Notes under the pieces: model-generated
What the model was told of the DNA's origin: nothing
The model's database searches: none
What the model saw: the letters and a program-made list of their open reading frames with translations, nothing else
Virus record (IMG/VR): IMGVR_UViG_3300006182_000058
Span: 1-32,105 of that record
DNA: 32,105 nucleotides
Source: a virus
Taxonomy: Duplodnaviria; Caudoviricetes
Reading direction: 5' to 3' (one strand)
Translations under genes and position numbers: made by a program
Shown: piece by piece, positions 17,098 to 23,934 of the stretch
How positions within the stretch are numbered: position 1 is the stretch's first letter
How the letters are laid out: every line of letters begins with the position of its first letter

Positions 17098-17806
17098 GGC
17101 GGCTATACCTCTCGGCACACACGCCAGGCCCCCAGCCGGCAGCCGCATACATCGGCTCCCAGCGCAGCAGGATGGCGCGCGGGTAATGGCGGTTCTCACG
17201 GAAGTTGGCAGCCGAGCGGCCAGCGTTGTGCCGCTCGACGGAATCGAACCAGGCCAGCGGATCGGCGCCCTTTGCCGATGCCAGACGTCGATCACGATTC
17301 ACCCAGCCATTGCCGCCGTTGTAGCCGGCCAGCACGAAGGCCCAGCGGTCACACTCGCTAACGGCCTGGTTTCGCTCATAGAGCCAGCGGTCGAAGGCGA
17401 CCATGGCCCGCAGCGCCCACCCTGGGTTGTACGGCTGGGCCGGGCCCAGGCTGCGCGGGTAGATCTCGGCCATCCAGTCCGCCGTGGCCGGCATGAACTG
17501 CGCCAGGCCCTGGGCACCGACCGGCGAGCGAGCATTCACGCGCCAGGCGCTCTCCTGATGCACCTGTGCGGCGAACGTCGCCACAGGCGCGCCAAGGCCC
17601 CATTCGGCATGGGCGGCGCGCACCAGGGTGCGGCGGTGCTGCTCAGCAGCGGTCGGGATGCTGGCGGCATCGGCGCTTGGCACGATGAAGAAGCCGACGG
17701 CGAACACCAGCAGGATCAGCGGCCACAGGAACAGGCGCGGCTCGACCATCCAGATGATCGCCAGGTCATTGCCGGCCTCGGCCAGCCAACGCTTGAGGCG
17801 GCCCAT
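16901..17806 (-). CDS. Endolysin, SLT lytic transglycosylase with N-terminal TM/signal
   Basis: 'QVHQESAW..ARSPVGAQGLAQFMPAT', 'AGYNGG', 'ENRHY'. Confidence 0.92.
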   Translation of the reverse strand: MGRLKRWLAEAGNDLAIIWMVEPRLFLWPLILLVFAVGFFIVPSADAASIPTAAEQHRRTLVRAAHAEWGLGAPVATFAAQVHQESAWRVNARSPVGAQGLAQFMPATADWMAEIYPRSLGPAQPYNPGWALRAMVAFDRWLYERNQAVSECDRWAFVLAGYNGGNGWVNRDRRLASAKGADPLAWFDSVERHNAGRSAANFRENRHYPRAILLRWEPMYAAAGWGPGVCAERYSRHESSNAVSARHIDQQFACRLLPELAGCRRAVRIAAAPRSPGPAVAARTRGQTTTHAALVAAPAQA

Positions 17807-17808
17807 GA

Positions 17809-18105
17809 TCAGAGCCCCAGCGTCAGGCCGAGGATGCACGCCAGCACGATCAGCGCCTTGCGTAGCCAGGCCAAGCCGTGATCGATGAAGTTGTCATGCT
17901 CCTGGGGGCACGCCTCGCCGTAGACGATGGCGTAGTCGACCCAATACCCCAGCACACCACCGATGGTTACCAGGCTGATCTTGTACAGCACGACCTGCAG
18001 CTGCTCAGGGCGCACGAACCAGATCGCGACCAGCAGCATCAGGGAAATAACAGCGAGAACCGTCATGCGCGGCAGGCGGCGCTTGGGCTTGCAGGCTTGA
18101 GACAT
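17809..18105 (-). CDS. Putative holin (2/3-TM family)
   Basis: 98 aa with three hydrophobic segments; 'PEQLQVVLYKISLV..GGVLGYWVD'; precedes the endolysin. Confidence 0.85.
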   Translation of the reverse strand: MSQACKPKRRLPRMTVLAVISLMLLVAIWFVRPEQLQVVLYKISLVTIGGVLGYWVDYAIVYGEACPQEHDNFIDHGLAWLRKALIVLACILGLTLGL

Positions 18106-18208
18106 GATTGCGCTCCGAGTTCGGCCAATCCATGGCCTGTTTCTGTGCTCATACCGGCAGTCCGACCGGGGGAGAGATCACAGCTTCGCCTCGCGCGCGC
18201 GGGGGGTC

Positions 18209-18226
18209 TTTTCGGCTAGCCGAAAA
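18209..18226 (-). promoter_or_regulatory. Late-promoter palindrome copy 3 (TTTTCGGCTAGCCGAAAA)
   Basis: Identical to the copy at 9705; upstream of the holin; -10-like GAAGCT at the same spacing. Confidence 0.78.
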
Positions 18227-18230
18227 ACAC

Positions 18231-18253
18231 AAAGGGCGCCATTGCGGCGCCCT
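18231..18253 (-). terminator. Rho-independent terminator ending the repressor/accessory operon
   Basis: AGGGCGCC-GCAAT-GGCGCCCT followed by TTGTGTTTTT, just after the stop at 18259. Confidence 0.8.
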
Positions 18254-18258
18254 CGGTG

Positions 18259-18771
18259 TTACTTCACATAATCTGGATAGGTCAGCGCCCAGCTACATGC
18301 GCAAAACGGATGACGGCATGGCGGCATCCTCTTCAGCACGTCATCACTCACGGTCAGTACCTGCTGATCGACAGCACCACACGGCACCGGCTCACCATCT
18401 TCCGTATCAGCAGAGACCAGGATCACATGGCCCATGCCCGTAGCCAGTAGAGCTCGTATCTGCCCGCGCCGGTAAAGCTTGTGAGTCGCAGACATGAACC
18501 AAGAGTACAGCGCCTCCAACAAGTCATCGGCATGCGGCGGCTCTCCTAGGCGCTTTGCAAGGAGCGCCTCCCCTTTGGGCCAATACCAAGGCTTCCCATG
18601 AAGTACGGCTCCCATTCCCCGAGTGAACTCACGCTGGATACAGTTTTTGGCTTGGAGCCTCAGCGCTTCCTCTTGCATAGCAGCCTTCAACTTGACTGAT
18701 GCCGTAATCTCCGTTGCTATGCGCTGCCAGGCGGCCAAAGCAAAAGCCTGCGGAATCGGATCGAGCATCAT
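18259..18771 (-). CDS. Hypothetical accessory protein with a Cys/His motif resembling the MuF C-terminus
   Basis: 170 aa; 'PCGAVDQQV....DD..RMPPCRHPFCAC'. Confidence 0.65.
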   Translation of the reverse strand: MMLDPIPQAFALAAWQRIATEITASVKLKAAMQEEALRLQAKNCIQREFTRGMGAVLHGKPWYWPKGEALLAKRLGEPPHADDLLEALYSWFMSATHKLYRRGQIRALLATGMGHVILVSADTEDGEPVPCGAVDQQVLTVSDDVLKRMPPCRHPFCACSWALTYPDYVK

Positions 18772-18774
18772 GAA

Positions 18775-19503
18775 TCACTGCCCCATGATCAGCCGGTACC
18801 GCCGCTGATACTCCTCATAACTCAGCCCCTGCGTGTTCTGCAGCTCCTGGATCTGCTGCTCCTTGCTATTCACAGCCACCTCACCAGGCTGGCCTGCAGG
18901 GCGCGTCGGTACAGCCTCCCACTTGGGAATCCTTGAGTCTGGAGCCGCAGCAGCCGGCGCTACAGCACCGCCCAGCGCCGTGGACATGGCTTGCAGATAA
19001 CCAAGTACATAGCTGGCCGGCAGCTCAACAATGACCGCACCCTGCTGGGAGGAGAAGCGAACCTTCAAACCCGAACCGGCATTGGCCAAGATCTCCAGAG
19101 GCACAACTGCAGACGTACTTTCGTAGTAACTGCACCGGCTAGAGCGACAGCTATACACCTCCCTGTTCGTGGATACGGTTTCAAGAGGAATTGGCCCCGG
19201 CAGCGTGGCATTGGAGAAGAACATCCAAGCGTGAGAGAGGTAGCTCCACTTCACCCGAAGGGCATGAGTTATCGAGCCGTCCTTCTTCGACTGGATGGCG
19301 GCGAGCTGGGCTTCGTAGGTCATGCCCATCACCGGATTACCCGTCACGGGCGGCGCCAGGTAGATCCTGCTCTCGCTGTACTCACTGTCATGCACACGGG
19401 TTGCCTGCGCGACCTCTGCAGGCGTTTTGTCGCGGTAGTTGGTAGCGCAGCCGGACAAGACCAACGCAGCAGCCATACCGATCGCGATTGCCTTCATGCT
19501 CAT
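18775..19503 (-). CDS. Predicted lipoprotein with a SHOCT-like C-terminal motif
   Basis: Lipobox 'LVLSGC'; C-terminus 'KEQQIQELQNTQGLSYEEYQRRYRLIMGQ'; SD GGGAG. Confidence 0.78.
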   Translation of the reverse strand: MSMKAIAIGMAAALVLSGCATNYRDKTPAEVAQATRVHDSEYSESRIYLAPPVTGNPVMGMTYEAQLAAIQSKKDGSITHALRVKWSYLSHAWMFFSNATLPGPIPLETVSTNREVYSCRSSRCSYYESTSAVVPLEILANAGSGLKVRFSSQQGAVIVELPASYVLGYLQAMSTALGGAVAPAAAAPDSRIPKWEAVPTRPAGQPGEVAVNSKEQQIQELQNTQGLSYEEYQRRYRLIMGQ

Positions 19504-19529
19504 TTGATTGCTCCCTTCAAAGATCGATA

Positions 19530-20030
19530 TCAGCCACGTCTACGGCGCAGTTCGGCCTCAATCGTGTCGATATACGCCTGACTATCCTTCATAAGCCGTC
19601 CTTCTACTCGCCGAATCCGCATCATCCAGGTCGACAGAATGGCCATGAGAACAATCATGGGGGCTAGCACATAGGGCATGGTTTGCGGCCCCAGGCTCCA
19701 CAACCACCCACTAAGCAAACCGACAACCATCAGCACAAGCATTAGCATCAAAAGTAGGCAGGGCGCATTCAGCCAGAAGCCACGCCAGCCGCTCCACCAC
19801 TGCGCCTTCCAATGATCCAAATGGTTGAGCAATTCGGAGACAGCCAGATCCCCCCAGGTGCGCTTCCTTTCCTGCGGGTGCAACACGATCTGGGTGCCAC
19901 CCAGCGAGATGTTGCCGGAGTTATTACCGCCTACTGTGATCGAGATCGAACGCTCCTTTCCGTCCTTAGGCAGAGCATCAATCTCCTTGCCCAGCATCTC
20001 GGAAAGCCTCTGCAGATCATCTTCCTTCAC
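19530..20030 (-). CDS. Two-TM membrane protein
   Basis: GTG start with AAGGAG SD; two hydrophobic segments; Trp-rich juxtamembrane region. Confidence 0.75.
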   Translation of the reverse strand: MKEDDLQRLSEMLGKEIDALPKDGKERSISITVGGNNSGNISLGGTQIVLHPQERKRTWGDLAVSELLNHLDHWKAQWWSGWRGFWLNAPCLLLMLMLVLMVVGLLSGWLWSLGPQTMPYVLAPMIVLMAILSTWMMRIRRVEGRLMKDSQAYIDTIEAELRRRRG

Positions 20031-20054
20031 AACTCACTCCTTATGCGCCGTGCG

Positions 20055-20531
20055 CTAACGGTTCACTACCAACTTCAAAATCCGTTCGACCTTGGGCTCA
20101 TCCAGGGCGGGCTCATCTGCCAACACGTTGTAGACCTCTGCCGCAACCACCACTAGGCGCTTGGCCGGCCAACGGCGCCCAGCCTGCGAAGCGTATGCCT
20201 CTAGCAGGTCAACGATGCGCGCGAGCCGTTGTGAATCAATCTGCGGCACCGCGCCAGAGTCGGTGACCGGATTTGAATTTCCGGTCACATGTCTCGACGT
20301 CGAGACATGTGACTGATCAGTCACCATTGGCGAACGCTGCCCCGTCAGCACGTAAAGAACGTCCGCTCCTGCTTCCGCGACGGCTGCCAGATATGCCGCG
20401 TCTGGCTGTCTCTCATCCTTCTCGTAGTTGATCTGGGCGCGCTTCTGCACCCCACCAACTTCAGCGAAGGCTGGTTGGCTCAATCCCAACCTGTCCCGCT
20501 CTTCTCGTAACCGTTCACCAATGGTGCTCAA
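20055..20531 (-). CDS. Prophage repressor, XRE/HTH_3 family (no S24 peptidase domain)
   Basis: 'IGERLREERDRLGLSQPAFAEVGGVQKRAQINYEKDERQPDAAYL'; divergent from the Ner/Cro-like gene; TTG start inferred. Confidence 0.88.
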   Translation of the reverse strand: MSTIGERLREERDRLGLSQPAFAEVGGVQKRAQINYEKDERQPDAAYLAAVAEAGADVLYVLTGQRSPMVTDQSHVSTSRHVTGNSNPVTDSGAVPQIDSQRLARIVDLLEAYASQAGRRWPAKRLVVVAAEVYNVLADEPALDEPKVERILKLVVNR

Positions 20532-20575
20532 TTGATCACCCAAGGCTTGACAGGTGCACAAATGGACACCATCAT
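20523..20575 (+). promoter_or_regulatory. Early promoter with two 18-bp operators
   Basis: TTGACA (20547-20552), 17 nt, CATCAT (20570-20575); dyads GGTGCTCAATTGATCACC (20523-20540) and GGTGCACAAATGGACACC (20553-20570). Confidence 0.75.
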
Positions 20576-20621
20576 CAGCCACACAAACATTATTCATCTT
20601 TGCATCACAGGAGCCACCGCC

Positions 20622-20840
20622 ATGGCCACTGCAACCAAAGCCCTAACCGCCGAGCAGGTGAAGCAACGCTTCAAAGCGCGCGGCAAAACCTTCACCGAGT
20701 GGGCTGAACAACACGGCTACACCCGCAACGAGGTGTACCGCGTACTCAACGGCCAGGCCAAAGCCAACTACGGCAAAGCCCACGAGATCGCCGTAAAGCT
20801 CGGCATGAAGCTCGAAGACGAAGAAGCCTTCGCCGCCTAA
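20622..20840 (+). CDS. Ner/Cro-like DNA-binding protein (BcepMu gp16 family)
   Basis: 'TAEQVKQRFKARGKTFTEWAEQHGY..VY.VLNG..GKAHEIAVKLGMK'; AGGAG SD. Confidence 0.88.
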   Translation: MATATKALTAEQVKQRFKARGKTFTEWAEQHGYTRNEVYRVLNGQAKANYGKAHEIAVKLGMKLEDEEAFAA

Positions 20841-20875
20841 CCCACCTCCAACCATCCGCAGCGAGGGTCAACGCA

Positions 20876-21556
20876 ATGACCGACAAGCCGCAACTCATGA
20901 CCGAGGAGATCGAATTGATCCCCCATCCTATGGACGCCTGGCGCGCCGCACTCAACGCGCTGATCGCCTGCGCACCTGGTGACAGTGCCGCCATCGCCGT
21001 ACACCTGGCCGAAGCCCGCCAGCAGGCCCTGGTGTTCGTCGATCGCACCACCGCCACAGAAGGCACCCGCAAACTGGTCGATCGCCTGATGCTCATTGGC
21101 GCCGGCCGCATCGTCGGTAACCGCCTGCAGGCTCAAGCCGCCCCAGCAACTGTTGCCGCCATTAACCGCCGTGTTACAGCGCGGCTGACCGTAGTGGTCA
21201 ACGGCACCGACTACGACGTATCCAGCATGCCCGGCGTGATGGTGGGCGACATGATCCGCGTCGACCCCAACAACATGCCGCCAGTGCTCAATCAAGATGC
21301 TGCTCTCGCAGGATCGTTTCAGCCTCTGCGTGTGATTTCCCAGCCTGTAGCAGGTACTCGCGCAGTACCTGATCAGCCAAGTGCTCAAGGCAAGCCACAA
21401 CATCCGGTTGCTCCCGCAGCTGCTCAGCATGAATGCGCATCTCAGCCTGCAGACGCTGCGTATCAATCACAGCCTGCCGCTGCAGAAAGCCAGCCAGCAC
21501 CACGTAACCACGCTCAAGCGCCTCAAGTCGTGCCGCGAAAGCTTGATCAGCCATAA
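20876..21556 (+). CDS. Hypothetical early protein containing a transposase-like segment
   Basis: GAGGG SD; helical N-terminus 'HPMDAWRAALNALIACAPGD'; low-complexity tail overlaps an antisense gene. Confidence 0.65.
   Translation: MTDKPQLMTEEIELIPHPMDAWRAALNALIACAPGDSAAIAVHLAEARQQALVFVDRTTATEGTRKLVDRLMLIGAGRIVGNRLQAQAAPATVAAINRRVTARLTVVVNGTDYDVSSMPGVMVGDMIRVDPNNMPPVLNQDAALAGSFQPLRVISQPVAGTRAVPDQPSAQGKPQHPVAPAAAQHECASQPADAAYQSQPAAAESQPAPRNHAQAPQVVPRKLDQP
21288..21554 (-). CDS. Hypothetical helical protein antisense to the early operon
   Basis: GAGGA SD before ATG; 88 aa of amphipathic helical sequence. Confidence 0.6.
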   Translation of the reverse strand: MADQAFAARLEALERGYVVLAGFLQRQAVIDTQRLQAEMRIHAEQLREQPDVVACLEHLADQVLREYLLQAGKSHAEAETILREQHLD

Positions 21557-21674
21557 CCCGTTCCTCGTTGGTGAATGTACCCCAACAGAGTGGCCATTTG
21601 GTAACGACATTGCCAAGGGCGAAACAGAGTTTTGATTGGAAGCCGCCGCAGACGGCCCGAAGGAGCCCCATCCA

Positions 21675-22163
21675 ATGACCCGCCGTAATTGGAAAAACTG
21701 GGTACCACGCTCACCCGCCGAGGCTATGGATGGCTGCGCGCAGCTGGCACTCAAGCGTCACAACCGTGGCATCGACCGCTTGGCCTGCGACCACTTGGGC
21801 CAGAACAACGCCAGCACCCTTTACAAGTGGATGGGCAATGGCCGCCTGCCGCTGAGCCTGATCCTGCCGCTGGAACACGCCTGCGGCCAGCCGCTGATCA
21901 CCCGTTACCTGGCCGCCGCCCACGGCAAGTTGCTGGTGGACATTCCCGTCGGAAAAGCCTGCAACGCCGGGGACCTGCAGCAGCTGCAGGGGGTGCTGCA
22001 CAGCGCCACCGGCGCGCTGATGGCCTTCTACGACGGCAAGCAAACCGCCGAGCAAACGCTGGACGCCATCCGCGCCGGCCTCGAATCCCTCGCCTGGCAC
22101 CACGGCAACGTCGCCCAGGCGGAAACCCCTCAACTCGACTTTGGAGTGGCTGACGATGAGTAA
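21675..22163 (+). CDS. CII-like phage regulatory protein
   Basis: HTH-like 'IDRLACDHLGQNNASTLYKWMGNGRLP'; AAGGAG SD. Confidence 0.65.
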   Translation: MTRRNWKNWVPRSPAEAMDGCAQLALKRHNRGIDRLACDHLGQNNASTLYKWMGNGRLPLSLILPLEHACGQPLITRYLAAAHGKLLVDIPVGKACNAGDLQQLQGVLHSATGALMAFYDGKQTAEQTLDAIRAGLESLAWHHGNVAQAETPQLDFGVADDE

Positions 22164-22386
22164 GGCCCTGGAGATTTTCAAAACCCTTTTCGATGGCCCG
22201 CGTGATCCGCGCAGCGCCGAATACCAGGAGGGTTGCCTGTACATCCTGCGTCGCAAGCTCGATGGCATCGGCCAGAAGCAATGCCCCTACCCGATGCCGA
22301 GCGCCCAGGCCGATGCCTGGCTAGCTGGCTGCCAAGAGGGCCTGCGCCAGCACCAATACACCCTGCACAAGGATGGCCAGGTATGA
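22156..22386 (+). CDS. Small protein with an Rmf/CrpP-like motif
   Basis: 'YQEG...CPY....ADAWLAGCQEG'; GGAG SD; coupled to neighbours. Confidence 0.65.
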   Translation: MSKALEIFKTLFDGPRDPRSAEYQEGCLYILRRKLDGIGQKQCPYPMPSAQADAWLAGCQEGLRQHQYTLHKDGQV

Positions 22387-22682
22387 GCACCAAGCGCACC
22401 AGCGACAGCGCACTGCGCGTGCTGCGCGTACTCAACGCGCTGCGTGGCCACACCCTCACTGGCCTGAGCAACACCGAGCTGGCCAAGGGCTTGGGCGAGA
22501 GCCCGGCCAACATCACCCGCTACATGGACACCCTGATCGAGGCCGGCTTCGCCACGCGCCTCGACACCGGCCGCTTCGCCCCGAGCATCGCGTTTCTGAA
22601 GTACGCCATGGCTACCGCTGAAGAGCTGCAGCGTGGCCAAGCACGTATCACCGAGATCCAGGCGCGCATCAGCGCCAATTAA
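22383..22682 (+). CDS. IclR-type HTH DNA-binding protein
   Basis: 'RVLRVLNAL...GLSNTELAKGLGESPANITRYMDTLIEAGF'. Confidence 0.8.
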   Translation: MSTKRTSDSALRVLRVLNALRGHTLTGLSNTELAKGLGESPANITRYMDTLIEAGFATRLDTGRFAPSIAFLKYAMATAEELQRGQARITEIQARISAN

Positions 22683-22696
22683 CCAAGGAGCACGCC

Positions 22697-22978
22697 ATGA
22701 ACTACCTGAAACTGGCCCAGCACCTGCTACGCGGCGGCGACCGCCACAGCAGCGTCTACGTGGATGGCCTTTGCGCCGCGCTCAAGCTGCGCATCGAAGG
22801 CGAGCCCACCACCGTCAACTACCCGCAGGGGAGCCTTGAGTTCGACGCCTACTACTACGGCTGCCGCCGTGGCGCCGACGAGTTCCGCAACGCCCTGATT
22901 GAGGCCAACGGTAACCGCATCGACGCCATTGCTCGTCTGCGTGAGCTGGCCGGCGAAGTTGCGCGGAGGGCTGCCTGA
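22697..22978 (+). CDS. Hypothetical protein
   Basis: AAGGAG SD; phage-like codon usage; motif shared with the 22156 gene. Confidence 0.75.
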   Translation: MNYLKLAQHLLRGGDRHSSVYVDGLCAALKLRIEGEPTTVNYPQGSLEFDAYYYGCRRGADEFRNALIEANGNRIDAIARLRELAGEVARRAA

Positions 22979-23934
22979 TGCCGCGCAAACCCAACGCCAT
23001 CATCGAACTGGCCGAAGACGAACAGCAGCATGGCCAGGCCCTGCTGGAACGCCAGCACCAGGTGGCAACCCTCAGTGCCGAACATGACACCCAGGTGCGC
23101 GCCGTTGCTGCGCAACTGGGCTACCAGCTCCCGGCCGACTGCACTGACCCTGACCTGATCCAGCGCGATATCGCCGCCAACATGCGCCGCAGCGTAGAGG
23201 CCTGCCTTGAGGTTGGCCGCGGCCTGCAGGTACTCAAGAATGCATGCCCTCACGGCGAGTTTATAGAGCGCTTGGATGCGCTGGGCCTCGATAGAAAGGT
23301 CGCCGTCAAATTCATGACCTCTGCTGCACGCTTCGCCTCCCTCGGCAGCGACTCTGCCCTAACCAAAGCCCTGGGCAATCAATCCAAGCTCTTCGAAATG
23401 CTCGTCCTGGACGATGAAGAGATCCAGGAACTGGAACTTACCGGCCAGACCGGCGAGCTGAGCCTCGACGACGTCGCCACCATGTCCGTCAAGGAGCTGC
23501 GCGCCGCCCTGCGCGAGGCCCGTGAGGACAAGAAGGCCCTGGCCAAGGTCAACGCCGACAAGACCGTGAAGATCGAAGAACTGTCCGTCGCACTGGCCAA
23601 AAAGCCGCTGGTAGTGGTTGTGCCGATGGACGAGCAGCTCGCCGAGCGCCGCGAAGAACTGGCCAACAAGGCAACCGCCGCCGAGGCCGCTATCGCGGGC
23701 GCCCTGCACCCGGCTGTGCACCTGCTGGTCGAGAAGGGCGAAGAGTCCGGCCTCGACCAGCGCCCGGTCATCGCCGGCATGCTCGCCCAGGTCGAGCGCG
23801 CACTGCTGCAGATCCGCGCTGAATACAACATCCCGGCCGAGCCGACAGCCAGCGTCACCCCCAGCTGGCTGAACGACGAAGACGAGCAAGCCGTCAAGGC
23901 CGCCATCGCTGCGGCCCAAGGCCAAGGTGCGTAA
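22978..23934 (+). CDS. DUF3102-like protein
   Basis: 'EVGRGL..LK..CPHGEF', coiled-coil C-terminus; directly before the transposase. Confidence 0.75.
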   Translation: MPRKPNAIIELAEDEQQHGQALLERQHQVATLSAEHDTQVRAVAAQLGYQLPADCTDPDLIQRDIAANMRRSVEACLEVGRGLQVLKNACPHGEFIERLDALGLDRKVAVKFMTSAARFASLGSDSALTKALGNQSKLFEMLVLDDEEIQELELTGQTGELSLDDVATMSVKELRAALREAREDKKALAKVNADKTVKIEELSVALAKKPLVVVVPMDEQLAERREELANKATAAEAAIAGALHPAVHLLVEKGEESGLDQRPVIAGMLAQVERALLQIRAEYNIPAEPTASVTPSWLNDEDEQAVKAAIAAAQGQGA

